Below are positions 1-13,355 of a DNA stretch of 64,000 nt, piece after piece. Numbering within the stretch: position 1 is the first letter of the stretch; each line of letters starts with the position of its first letter. This DNA is from Adineta vaga (taxonomy: Eukaryota > Animalia > Rotifera): positions 6,696,001-6,760,000 of the forward strand of contig CP075495.1 of the NCBI GenBank assembly GCA_021613535.1. The letters run 5' to 3'. The translations under genes were made by a program, and so were the position numbers. The notes beneath the pieces were generated by a model that did not search any database, was not told the DNA's origin, and worked only from the letters and a program-made list of their open reading frames with translations.

Positions 1-269
1 ACATTACAAACTGATTACCCTCTGACATCATCAATACTCATTTGTAATTACTCATAAAGAAAAAAACAAAGCCAATAGATTTTTGCGATCTATTGTAACA
101 ATAGACTATTGAAGGTCGATTAAAAGGAAATTTGCACTTGCTTATAGTATAAGCTATTTCATCGACTAAACAAGCGACACGTGTCAATTTTTCTCATCTT
201 CTTTCTATATATATATACTCGATAATAATCGATGCTCACCTCTCTTTCTTTATCTTATTATTTAAATCA

Positions 270-1887
270 ATGTCGTATATCTTGCTTTTCTTATTATTTG
301 GATCAATAACATTAAGTTTTACTGAAATTTCTGCTAATTTTGAACGGATAAAAGAACGATTAGAATCTTCGGGAAAACAAATCTCTATCGTAGGCTACTC
401 TCAACCACCTGAAGCAGCTTCTTATTTGAATCATGATTTAACACAAAATGTACCACATAAAGTCAATTTAACAAAAGAAATAACTAAAAGTATTCGTGAA
501 TGGACTCCACGTCTTCTGGCACTTGATCCAACGTGTCCATATTATTTTTCAAAATTAACTGATCCATTAATACCTGAACAAGATCGTAATCTTCTGTCGT
601 ATTTATTAGCAAGTAAGTTTCAATAAAATTAATTTAACTTATTATCATTTTCTCTCTTATTTGTTCTTTTTTTTAAGTTGAATCCAATAAAACACTTGAA
701 TATCCATTCATTAGTATTCTACCCGATTCTTATCGTAATGCTGTGCCACTTCTATCGATTTTTCGTTGTCATCACTTAGTTTATCCAACATCAGATTCCT
801 TTTTTCATAATGTTGAACTTATTATTGGACCTGGTAAAACTGAATTACCTTTCGAACAACAATCAAATATGTATTCACAATTGTTTTGTTCTCTCTACGG
901 ATGGCCACAAGTTGTCCTTGTCGATCAATCAAAACAATCGACGACAACAACAACAACAACAACAACAACATTTAACAAAGAAAGTTTCCTTTCTCAAGAA
1001 AAATTCAATGGTATCGATTTTATTTCGACAAATTTAGCACCAGGTACTTGTCTCTATGTTCCACCTGAATGGGTTATTGGTGGTGAATTAAATAATAGTA
1101 TTTCATTAAGTTATACATTAAAAAAAATTGAGAAACCAGCTTCTGATGAGGAAACATTATCATGTACAAAAACTGGTAAAACAACAATCGATAATATTGA
1201 TTTTGATATTACAGATCAATTTAATATAACTGAAATTGGTTTAGTTGTTTATTTCTATCAATATCTTAATCCTCCTTTATTCGATCGACAATATACTGCA
1301 CAAGAATTCTTTCAAAATTTTCAGTCAGATCGAAATATTTCTCAATTAGTAATGAAATGGACACCGGCATTAATTGATTTGATTAATAATACACTTTTCC
1401 AACGACTTGATCTCAATAAAGATAATAAATTTAGTGTTGATGATTATTTCGAAATCAAACGATCAAATTTAATAAATTTACAAGAATCAGTTTTGGATGT
1501 TTTGGAAAAATTACGTGTAATTATTGTCGAACAATATCAAGAATTAAATGAAACAATATCAAAATTTAGTCAACAAGTTCGTGATTCTGCCTCTCAAGGT
1601 AATATGGTGAAGCAATCGAATCACTTCTAAATGAACTACCTGATACGATTAAAGAAAAATTAGGAGAACAAAATGCTGAGGTTAAAGAAACAATAGATAA
1701 AGTGAACAAAAAGAAAACAAAAAGACCATCAAGCACTAAACAACGTGTTCGAGAAGATGATGCTTCAGTCCTATTCGATGATAAACAAGATGAAGAAATT
1801 ATTTCAAATGGTGATCAAGAACAAGAAGAAGAAATAACTGCTGAACCAGTTGATAACGATACTGAACTTCATCGTACTGATTTATAA
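270..1887 (+). CDS. Secretory-pathway (probably ER-luminal) protein with a degenerate cupin/JmjC-like segment, an EF-hand and C-terminal RTDL; apparent 1-nt frameshift near 1605
   Basis: Signal peptide MSYILLFLLFGSITLS. The GT-AG intron 613-677 joins ORF 270 in frame to ORF 743. LAPGTCLYVPPEW...SISLSY is cupin/JmjC-like, DLNKDNKFSVDD is an EF-hand loop, and the protein ends HRTDL. Coding-like sequence continues in another frame after 1605 (EAIESLLNELPDTIKEKL...) into ORF 1702-1887. Confidence 0.6.
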
Positions 1888-1959
1888 TGACAATAATGTG
1901 TTGATTTATCGTTTTTTCTTTCTCTCCTAGTTTTAATTAATAATAATTACATCACTAAC

Positions 1960-2503
1960 CTTTGTTTGTCTTCGTCTGTTTTTAATGAAAATACCAGCAA
2001 TGTAATGTGAAGTGTTGGAATCGATATGCTAGCTTTTGACAGTAATGGATTGGATTCGATGATATGTTTTTGTACTTCACTAGCATGATCAATAATCTAA
2101 ATAAACATGAAATAATAATTTGATTTCTTTTTTTCTCCTTCTAACAGATCAATGATAGACTATTTTCTATTGACATAGAAATACATGATTTAAAAACACA
2201 TACTTACTTGCTGATTTGTAATTCTAAAACTCAAGAATGCATTTGGTCGTTGAACGTTTTGTCGTTTATCTTGTTTACCTAGAATATAATCATTAACAAC
2301 AATAGATCAATTTCTCTTCACAAAAACCTGATTGATATGTATGTCTATGTTGAGTAGAGTCTTCTTGACTTTCCATCAGTATCTTGTATTTTTACATCAC
2401 TTTCAGAAATTGGTCGAGATCGTTTATTTGTCGTCGTTGTTGTTGTTGTCGCAAATTTTCTTCCTTGATTTAAAAATCTTTTAGCTTGTTTAGACGATGC
2501 CAT
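1960..2503 (-). CDS. AKAP7: AKAP7-like 2H phosphoesterase, N-terminal half only (at least 3 exons; mostly missed by the ORF track)
   Basis: Hand-spliced exons at ~2328-2503, ~2208-2278 and ~1960-2096 read ...QRPNAFLSFRITNQQ|IIDHASEVQKHIIESNPLLSKASISIPTLHITLLVFSLKTDEDKQR. This matches the AKAP7 PNxFLS and LHITLLV (first HxT) motifs. There is a frame disruption or an alternative ATG near 2375. Confidence 0.7.
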
Positions 2504-3200
2504 AACAATATCTATAGAAAAAAAAAGGAAAAAGATCATCAATATTTACTCATGTTGTCTTGATTTATGGCGGAAAATAACATTTTCATACAATTTGTCG
2601 AAAACATCGACAGACAATATCATGTAGACATGATATCAACTTGAAAAATTTACAGTATTTGAAACAACTGTTCAAATAGGAAATGAAATATTTGATATCT
2701 GAAATGAATGGTCGTCTTCTACACTATCTATCAGTCATGTCATGTACTTATTATGATTCGACATACATCTACTGAGAAAAGTTATTTTTTAATCTATTCA
2801 CTTGGTTTTATTGAGAATCTCAGTTTGACTTTTTCAAAAACTACTATTAGGTAATATCATTTCCTATGAATAAAACATTGAAAGTGAGTCATTTTTTTCA
2901 AATATTTATGCGAAAAAGAGGAAAAAACAAACATATAAATATTCACAATATCAAACGTAATTTGTTTTTGTTTTCAAAATGTTATAATCTATACAAACAA
3001 CAAATAACATAAACAAAGATCGAGATTAGTTTGCGTTTTTATGAGAGAATTAACAAGAGAATGAATGACTGATGTAAACTAGAAAGCAAAAAAAAGAGCA
3101 GTGAAAAATATTGCAACTCAATTGGCTTATAATAATCATCCATATTATATTCACTGTTTGGAATGAATAATCAAAACAAACGAAGAAGAAATGAGCGTTT

Positions 3201-6200
3201 TTATCTTCGAATATCGATTAATAAAAACATGATTATTAGTAAAAGAATAAAATGAAAATGTATTTGTGATGAATGAGAACAAGGATTGAGTAGTTTAGCT
3301 GAATAAATTGATATGGATGTTTCATCTTCGGAATTATTTAATGAACATTCATGACTATTATTTCGAATAATAATTGAATCACGCATTTGAAAACTCTATG
3401 TAGAAAAGAAAAAAAGAGACACAAATTTGAAGAATATTCAATATTAATCATAACATACAAGACAATAACTAGCATTTGAATATGTTGATTGAGCAATAAG
3501 ATATATTGTCGAGTGATCATCAGTTTGCCAAGATGCAAGACATGTGTCTGTTCGCGTTAGTAAACGATATCCAGAATCTAAATATAGAATTATCATCTTA
3601 TTCTATTTATTCTCTAGTATTCTCGACAATTGAGAATCATTGAACTGTATTGAGTTCCTCTCAGATCTAAACGAACAGGAGATCAAAATGTCATTCACAA
3701 GGATATATGAGAAGATACATGGAAATCTGAAGATTATTCTCATGACGAAATCAATTATAATACATTTTTGATAAAATGATTAAACGGTTCATGAGTACAT
3801 CTCAATCTATCATTTTCAAGGCTATTTCTCATCTATTACATGACGTTAGATTGTTTTTCTAGTTTACATTGTACTCTTTCTACAAACCTTTTTCAGTTTG
3901 ATAAATCATCAATTTCTCTCTATTATCACAACCAACAGACATATGAAATGCTTTTTTTCGTAAAACAATTTTTCGATGATGATTATGATGATGATGATGA
4001 TTTATTTCCAATAATAAATGTCCAATTGATGTTGGACATGATGAAAAATGATTCGATTTAGTAACAAACGTAATGGTTTTCTTATATCCATTTGTTGTGC
4101 AATCATTTAAAATTAATTCTAAAACATTATGCGTTCGTCGATGAATTCTTAAACATTCATTATTAACATTACTAGAAGAACAACAAATAAACGAGTTTTA
4201 TTCGAAAAAATTAAATCAACGATGAATATCTTTACCAATTAGTAAATGATCGTATTCGATAATTGAATAGATGTAAGTCTTCCAGACAATGAAATCTTTG
4301 ATTATATCCGTTCTTTTCCAGATTAAATAATTCAATATCAGTATTTTTTATCACCATTTGAATGGATCGATTAAGTGAATACCAAGCCGAATGCTGTAAT
4401 TCTTTCGGAAATATACATGATCTATTAGATTCATTTTCTTTATGTCGATCTAAATTATTTATCATATATTAGAGAAACAATAGTTTATAAAATAATGTAC
4501 TTGTCGATGATAATGCCATTACTGTCGGCATATATTTAGAATTAAGATCACGACAGGAATCATCCGTTGCCATACTTAATGAAACTGATGTTGAAAGATC
4601 TTCTTGTTTCGTTATAAGATGCTAAAAGAAATGTTCAAAGAATGATAAAAAAAAAGAAACATTTTTACACTTACGAAACATGCATATTGATTATCATTAT
4701 CTGACGATTTGGATAGAATACGTGTAACAAAATAAGTATGAAAACCATCAATCCATGTTCCAACACAAAGTAGTTGAAGATCAAATGTTCGTTGATAAGA
4801 TGAACAAGATGATAGATGAAGACGAAATTGATTATCATTAGCACATTCGCTAATGTAGGATTTTGACAGTGATGTGTGATCACATATCGAACCATCTTTG
4901 AATAAAGTTGTCAATTGAAATGGTGGTTGAATTGGACATAATTGTGGTTGTGAATCATCTTAATATGATAAAAATAACAATCATGATGAGCATGTTGTCA
5001 AAAGAAAAATAGTATTGTTCTTTCTTTTATCTTTTTCCTTCTTCTGACACACACGCTCATAATCTTTTAACCTCATCATCTTTCGATGTTGTATGTTAAA
5101 ACAACAATGATAACAACCACCAGAATCATAATAATACTCACTTCGATGAAGTGTATACAGCGCAGCATCGGGTGCAATCATATTTGGACATGAAGTAACA
5201 TTTGATAGATCATCTGCATCACTACATTCACCTAAATGGAAAAAAATTTTAAACAAAATTTAATTAATCAGATTTCTGTTTGTTAAAAGAAATGATTTGA
5301 AAACATACTTTCACGATATTGAAGTAAATTTCTATGTCGTTCAATGAATAGAAGACATCGAGTGCAGCGATTGATACTATTTCGAGGAAAAGAAAAGAAG
5401 AAGAAGTATGTTAAAGCCATTATTACGCTTCATTACTGAGAGCAAACATTATTTTCTGGTGCACTGATTTTTATCCTCGTGCGTACATATATAATATGAT
5501 GCAATGAATTTGAACAGTTAGATTCCTTTTTTCCTTTTGGTCTAACTGGTCAGAGAAAAGAGAAAGATTCAACGGAAACGTATACAAATAACATTTGCTC
5601 GAGCTTTTACACTTTTTTGTTAAGCTGAAAAGCTGTTTAATTAATTTTTTCTTTCACTCATATATGTCAAAACTATATTGAACACGTGCATCAAAATAGA
5701 ATGATAAACGTTCATCATATTGATTAAGTATATAAATAAACAATTTGGATAAGTTAACAATGATGACAAGTTATATCAACATACCGATCATTGAAAAGGT
5801 AATATTGTTCACTAGGAAGTACATCGATACAACGTCCTTTTGTCTGAATATGATCGATGGTTATCTCTAATAGTGAACTCATACCACGTTGATACCATGA
5901 GCCAAGCCATGCTGTCGGCATATTGCATAACGAGCAAGCTAAAAGATAAAAAAAAATCGGAAATACGTAAGAAAATTCTTTGAAGGCTATTTGTGAATTG
6001 CAATTGATTCTTTCATTCATTCGCGCGTTCGCTTTCTTATCTTTGGCGTTCAATGTCAGTACTACGCCCTTCAATCATTTTTTTTGTCGCTATGTCATCA
6101 ACGATGAAAAAGTCATTCACATGAATATTTAAACGTTGATTAATAACAAAGTTTCTAGTAGAACTAGTCACTCTTCATCTCTAGCGATGGACTATCGACG

Positions 6201-7301
6201 CAATGTAAGAAGAAGATGTAATCTTTTTCGTTTGATGAAATTAAATCATTTTGCATGTAATTATGTTGTCATTTAAGTATTGTAACAAACGATAGATAGA
6301 CAGATATATCTTTTCTAAAATTATCTACAATGTTGTCTGAGTTCATCAGAATTACATCATCGAAATAGAAAATTCCATCAACAATGAAATGAGTAAACAC
6401 ATCGATGTGCATACACTTAGAATCATCATCAATCGTCATTGTCTTTCTTCAGATTAGATAGTTTGCTATGGGCGGATATATTGTAATAGCAACACTTCAG
6501 GATGTGGAATTTTTCTCATCATACAGTAACACTTGAGAAAGACAAAACAATTGATATAGCTACTGTGAATGTTTCAATTGATCACTGTACAAAAAAGAGG
6601 CTCAAGGCTCATGATAGTCACAGTCAAATAAGAAGAGAGGAAATTCTCTCATACTTAAAAAGGCTTCTCTGTTCCTCTCTGTGTCTATGCGTATTGTTCA
6701 CTCAGTCACTCGAGCATCTGCCCAATTCTAATCATCACTTAAATAAGAAACAAAATAACGCAGTTTGATGATTTGAATTCGCCTATTTAATATCGATGCT
6801 TTATCGCGTGCGCTTCCAAATTTAATTAATGATGATGAATGAATGAATGAATACATTTAGTATAACTAAAGACGAACGAGAATGGGTGGGGATTTCAAAC
6901 AAAAAGAAAAAGAAGAGAAACAACTAGGGCAGATGGACAACAGTTCACATGCATCAAAGCATGAATGACAGTCACGTAGAAAGGTGTGTTGTCTAAATAA
7001 ATCTAATTGACGAAAGAACGCGTGTGCATATCATTGTTCATTCTTCATCTTCATTCTCTGGACAGCTGTCGTATACATAGACGTATATTCATTGATTGAT
7101 CAGTCTAAACACTCATCTATCTCTTTTGACAAATCGTTCACACTATCGTCAGTGAAAACAATCATCAAGATGACTATTATTACTATCATAGTACGCAAGT
7201 TATACATAATGAAGAGTGAAAAGTGAAGTTTAAATATTACCTGACTTAATGTAGATGAATAGAATAATATTAAAAAGATCTAATCGACGAATACCATTCA
7301 T
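3201..7301 (-). CDS. Multi-exon Cys-rich secreted/surface protein of the invertebrate DUF7042-7045-type family; C-terminal hydrophobic tail (TM or GPI)
   Basis: Exon 1 (7241-7301) encodes MNGIRRLDLFNIILFIYIKS and splices to ACSLCNMPTAWLGSWYQ. Later exons carry CLLFIQRHRNLLQYRESEC, PQLCPIQPPF, LLCVGTW and CIFPKELQHSAW. The protein ends in hydrophobic HFILLLIIMFLLIDIRR. The family name is from recall of the motif pattern. Confidence 0.6.
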
Positions 7302-8354
7302 CCGTGTGCCATTAGAAAATGTTAATGTTTCAATAAATCTGTATATATATATATGTACGTGGATTTTCTTTTCTCCTTGTTAAGCTAAGAAGAACAAGTC
7401 TACATACAAGAAAAATGAATGATGACTAAAATGGTATAGCACGACGTGTCTTCCGCCTTCTTCTACCATACAACGATGACGACGGCGACATATATATATA
7501 TACATACATACAATCTTTATTTCTTTTCTACATAGAGAGGAAGAGAACGAAAGAGTGATGATCGCCGTTGTAATGAACGATAGAGAGAGAGAGAGCAAAG
7601 AGAGAGAGCGAGAAAGAAAAAAAGAACAAAGTGGCACGCGAATTACTCGTATATAAAAACTTGATGATGAAGAAGAAGAGAGAAGGAGAGAGAGAGCCGA
7701 CAAACAACTGTCCGGACGATGAACAAATGACCTCATCATTGCGAGACCTTTCTATTTCAATATACTCAATGTCTTTCTAGTCACGTCCGTTAGTTTTTAT
7801 ATTCACATTTTTATTACATGTCTAAAAGTGTCTCACACCTTTCTATACATTTACTAAAGCAAGATCATGATCTATGTATTTTAAGCTTAAAAGATCTCAT
7901 TCTATTCATTGATATTTGAATTATTTAAGTAAAAGCAGCAAAATAGATGAAGTACACTTTGCACCTTATGTACATACATATATGTATATACATATTAACA
8001 ATTGACAATTATAGTTTTGTCTTTTCTATTGTTTAATATACACATATATTCATCAAGAGGAGTGTATGTATGTATGCATATATAACATACGAGAGTTGAA
8101 GGAAGTAATCAACAGATGGATAATGATGATCTATCATTCACTCACCGTATTCTACATATCTGTTGGTTAGCCATCTTGAGATTAAGAATATAGAATCTGA
8201 AAAAGTAAATGCATTGAAAGGATTAAGATTTGTGTAGACGTTCATGATTAAAAAGTTAAAAAAAATTGACAAAAGAAAAGTTTTCTGAATTACTGTTGAT
8301 AGAATTGAAACGACTTTTCAATAAAAAGAAAATAATCTGTTCATATGATTACTT

Positions 8355-10210
8355 TCAGTCATGATGTTCAGGTGTATCCATGACTGTAGAAGGACGATCC
8401 ACATGATGAAGCTTTTCGTCATTGTCAGTTTTCTCTTCATCGGTTCCTTGTTTCGAGTCTTCATTAGTCACTCGTTTGGTTTCTCCGTCAGTTCCTTTTT
8501 CTTTTTCTTCTTCTTCGTTTTGTGAATTAGCATTGCCTATTTCCATTCTATAATACAAATCGAAATATATAAACATTTTTTTTATCAAAAGATATTTCTA
8601 AAGAATTTATTATATTAGATAATTTTAGTGGATAAACAATGAAGTGTTATCTAATTTAGGATACATACGTTGTCTGAGACTGCTGATTGTTTTCAACATC
8701 CATTGAATTTTGATTCGAATCTAAATTTTGTGTTTTTTGACTATCAGATAATTCATGTGGAGTAGTAGGTGGATCGTCGGATATATCTTGTTTCCCATCT
8801 TGTGTTTTTTCTTCTGTCCTATCTGTAGTCGAAAGATCTATAATATTTTTATTGAATGTTGATGTCGATTTTGACTCATCATCACTTGTTTTTGACTGAT
8901 CAGTAGTATCTTTTTCATCTTTATCATCAGTCACATGTTTAGTTGGATTTGTGAATACAGATGATTCAGGATCGAATGGTGTAAGTTCTAATTCTTCAGC
9001 TTTTTTTACCCATGCATCATATATATGATCATCCCAAAGGACAAATACAACTACTGGCAATGAGTCGGCATGCTTATCGATTGTTCTAAGAGCAACATCC
9101 GCACCGTCATTTGCTGGCTATTAAATATAATATTATTTTTATTTAATTAAGAATAACTGATACTCACATAACCAAATATACCACAACTAATAGCAGTGAA
9201 ACCAATTGATTCAAGATCATATAGATTGGCTAAATCAAGTGCCGTTTTGTAACATGATGATAATTGCTTGGCACATTCTTTTGCCGCTCCTCGATTGTAT
9301 ATAGGACCAGCTGTATTAATAATATAATAAGTTGTCGATGACATATTATAGCTCAATAAAATACGTGAACGTCCAGTTGGTAAACGGACACCGTATTCAA
9401 CTTCTTTATGGGCCACACAAGCTTTACGAAGCATATCTCCAGCCGCTCTATGAATCATTCCATCGACTCCACTACCACCCGTCATATGCTCATTAGCAGC
9501 TATTGAAAAATCGAAATATAATGAACATGATTTTCTTTCAATAAGATCAACAAACCGTTAACAATAGCATCGACTACTGTTCGAGTGATATCACCTTGAA
9601 GTATAATCAATATTGTACGATTGTTATTAATAGAATAATAGCGTGAAATGCGTTTTTTAGTATTTGTTTTAGCCAATAAATAAGATCCATAATTTTCTTC
9701 TAAATCCTTTTGATTTCTAGACACCACAGCATAATATATTTCTTATATATGTTTGACTTACTTCTTCCAATATTTCATCACATTTTGGTCCTTATTTAAT
9801 GAATAATCAGGTTCGGAGATAATCGATTTTGAATGATTTTGTGTGTCAGATCTAAAAATACGTTATAGTTTGTTTTGCTGATCTCCAATAAGCTAAATGC
9901 GTACATTGCTACGTATTCACCAGGTATTATATAACGTAAAAGATATGTTAGAAAGGGTCGTAGGAATTTGAAAAAGCCAAGTCTGAACAAAACAGCAAGT
10001 TAAAAAACAAAAATTCAGTGATTAATCAAAACGTTTAGCTCTGCCTATCTTTCAGTTTGATTCCATTAGATTATTGTGATTATTAATTAGTGACTTGCAT
10101 ATCATCGAGCTAATTTAAAAATTCCTCACACGAACAATAAAATATATTTACCGACTAGCTTGATTCTGCGATGATTTCGCTGATTTATCTTCCACTTGTC
10201 TTGATGTCAT
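8355..10210 (-). CDS. MacroD-type macrodomain protein (ADP-ribosylhydrolase / O-acetyl-ADP-ribose deacetylase) with a long acidic low-complexity tail
   Basis: Spliced motifs QGDITR..VDAIVN|AANEHMTGGSGVDGMIHRAAG, NTAGPIY and FTAISCGIFGY|P are intact. ATG at 10210. The D/E/T/S-rich C-terminal exons are ORFs 8656-9060 and 8355-8588. Confidence 0.85.
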
Positions 10211-10736
10211 TCTTATTCGAACGTTTATTTATTATTTATTTATCTAAAATTATCTGTGTTTTTTTATAGTTTCAGAGTTAAACCATATTCAAATATGATC
10301 AATTATCATTCTCCAGCAATAGAACTGATTTTTGATGAATCGTCTAGAAAGTAAACAACATTCATAAAATAATCGCATATTTTCCACCGAAAAAAAACAA
10401 TTTTGTTTGATAATTGATTAGATAAAACATATGATTTTATATTTTATATAAACAACAATTACTAAAAGTAGAGTTTTCTCTTTTTCGTCGAATAAAATAA
10501 ATAAGGGAACATTTTATGCTTTTTTTTCGGCGAAATAAATGTTTAAAAAGAAAACTTAAGCTAAGCAACGGATATGGAGACGACACCGAATGGTAGTTTA
10601 GAAGAACGAACGGATAAAAAAATTTTTGACACGCATTGAAAATGATGATAGATGTCGAGAAGTATCGCTAAATATTGTATATCGACTTTTTGAAATTTAT
10701 AATTTCTTTTTTGAAAAGTTCCAAAAATAGAGTGAA

Positions 10737-11780
10737 TTAATTGTGATCTATTTGTTGACGAACATATAAACGATTGATTTGTTTTTGATTATGGAATACT
10801 TCAGTTGTGGCTTGAAAACCTCGATCATTTGAATTTGGAGAACGTTTACAAACGCGAAAGAATAACTGTTGACATTCTTGTCGAAATGTTTTTGATGCGA
10901 AAAGATGAGCATAAAATAATGAACATGGATTAAGAAAAATGAGAAAACTAACTGCTAAATAACGAATAAATCCTTCGATAGCTAAACGATCTGTTGTTTT
11001 GAAAATGTTTGCTGTAATGACTGTATAAATTGTATTCACTGGAAACCATGTTGTTGAGAAAACATAAACAACTACTTCGCTAATTAGAATTGCTATCAAT
11101 TGAATATCACGTCTTCTAATATTTATGTTCGTATTAAGATTTTCATTCGTAAGATTTATAATTGGTCGTATACGAGCTTGTGTTTGTTGAAGACTTTGAA
11201 TAGCCCAAATTGAAAAGACAATCATAATGATCAATGGAATAGAAGTAACAATCGCCGCATAGATAGTATAAACAATCTGATAGATACCTGAAGCACTACA
11301 TCGACCAGGAGGATAGATATCAATATAAATGATTATATGAGTTGGAATAACGATCCATAGAATAGAAACAATAATGATCAATATTAAAGCTATACGACGT
11401 TGACATAGACTACGAATAAAGACATTTCGTGAACATAGAGCAAATCGATCTATACAAGTTAAAGCTACACTTGATCGTGATAACATAAGAAATACATGTG
11501 TTGTATATGATCTAGCTTTACAATATATGACTGAATATTTCGATGGATCTTGTGCTAAATATGAAGCAACAAGTACTGGAGTCATACCAAATACAATAAC
11601 CAATAAATTAAAAATCGATGTTGCAATAAAATATATTGAACATGTACTTTTACGAAGTTTCCTCTGATAAAAAACCATCAGATTACAGATACAACCAATG
11701 AAACCCAATATATAACCGATTGTTAAGACATAACGTGTAAGCATATCTTGAATAGAATCAAGATTGTCGATTAGTGTCAT
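10737..11780 (-). CDS. Intronless rhodopsin-like (class A) GPCR, orphan lineage-expanded type
   Basis: 347 aa with seven hydrophobic helices, a TM1 GxxCN, CIDRF at the end of TM3, and NP..Y with SKTFR after TM7. Confidence 0.9.
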   Translation of the reverse strand: MTLIDNLDSIQDMLTRYVLTIGYILGFIGCICNLMVFYQRKLRKSTCSIYFIATSIFNLLVIVFGMTPVLVASYLAQDPSKYSVIYCKARSYTTHVFLMLSRSSVALTCIDRFALCSRNVFIRSLCQRRIALILIIIVSILWIVIPTHIIIYIDIYPPGRCSASGIYQIVYTIYAAIVTSIPLIIMIVFSIWAIQSLQQTQARIRPIINLTNENLNTNINIRRRDIQLIAILISEVVVYVFSTTWFPVNTIYTVITANIFKTTDRLAIEGFIRYLAVSFLIFLNPCSLFYAHLFASKTFRQECQQLFFRVCKRSPNSNDRGFQATTEVFHNQKQINRLYVRQQIDHN

Positions 11781-13355
11781 TGATATATTTTGAGTAACTA
11801 TAAATCTACAAAAAAAATGATCTGTCTTATAAGAAAAAATTATACGTGTACAGAATGAGAATAGAAAATCAACTTAAGACCATCAAATAAGTCTTTCAAT
11901 GATGACGTTTATCTTAATTTATTTAGATCTCGTGTTTCAAAACTTTACTTCATTTAGCTTGATTATTGCTGTTCTAGTTCGTGACATCGTTGACGAATCA
12001 ATGTCGATTAGTAAATTACGTTTGTTGATGTTTCCGGCCGCTTATAAATCTGTCTTAATTTTTAGATACTCTTTGATAACTTTAGTCAATTAAAGGAAAA
12101 ATAATTATAAGTAGTCATTTTCAATTAAACTACAGTTCTATTTAAAACATACTATAGATACACATAAGGCAGTTTTTGAATTTCATTGTCATTCTTCTCT
12201 GTAACAAAAACTAAATAGATTAATCGAGGAGAATCTGTGAAAAATTCCAACCTGTATCTATATTTTATTTTATACGAATTTATATTTTCTGACGCCATGA
12301 ATCATCAGATAGATATAAATATATACCAATAAGAACTACGTTATTTAAAAACAATAATATAGATAAAGTGAACTTTATAGACGCTCCATAAGATTTGATA
12401 CAAGTACACTCAAAAACTTCTTCAGAGAAGAAAATTGAATATCAATCAACCACTTGAACTCAACTCTCATCTATTTACTATTGGCTCTCTTCTAAACAAG
12501 AACAATGCTCATCAAATTAATAACTTTGATTTTTATTCCGGATTGAACTATACCATCATTTGCTTTGATTGTTCCTTTCCCACCCTCACACTTCATTTAG
12601 ATTCTTTGAACAAAAAAAAGTCTTCTAAATCAACTTGTTTATTTCTTACATATTATCGTGATATTTTTCTCGTGCTAAAAAAATAAAAGCTAAAACTCGT
12701 TAAATATCTCTTTTATTATTGACATCATCATCTTCATCAAATGAACATTGGCTTATCGTCACGCTGATCAATAATGAGAAAAAAAACAATGTATTCTTAC
12801 TCCTGATGTGTCAATCAATATCAAAGACAATATCGGCATCAACCATATCACAATACATAAGCACCAGTTCCCGAATATTCCGAGGATATTTTTCCCGTAT
12901 CTAACCGAAAATACTGCTGTCTTCTTTGATCTTTGTCATTGATTCAAAACTTTACGTAACTACAACTAAAACCTATTGTTGAATTAAAAACGTTAAAGTT
13001 AATATCAATCAGTTAAGATAATTCTCAGCATTATTTGATCATTCAAAACTACCAAATGGCATGTTGTTCCTTTTTCCTTCTTTGATCATTGTCAATCAAC
13101 AGATGAGCTTAGGTGTATTAATTAGTCTCTCTTTTTTCTATCCTTTTGATGTCCTTCTGTCGATTATTATTATCTGTTGCATTGTGATTGGTGAAGAAAA
13201 TTAAAAGACATTTTTTCGTTCCTATGAATAGTGCTGTTTCTCTGTTCAATTGCTATCATTTCTTTCGATAAACATTTTCAATTATTTATCATAACAAGTT
13301 AAGTAATCGATTATTTTTCTACAGATACTCTCTTGTTCTCTGTCATTTCTAGGAT

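Noticed and set aside
15-95. Minus-strand segment as the missing AKAP7 exon
   Set aside because: The frames compatible with the phase-2 donor hit stops and show no HxT motif. It may instead be the first exon of a neighbouring gene.
7380-7739. 119-aa hydrophobic ORF; similar ORFs at 20016, 23063, 26164-26473 and 51774-52278
   Set aside because: They derive from AG/CT-rich promoter or UTR low-complexity sequence and have no domain or splice support.
12435-12940. Short ORFs and a stop-broken minus-strand coding-like stretch as a transposon relic
   Set aside because: No transposase or RT motif, TIR or TSD recognisable.
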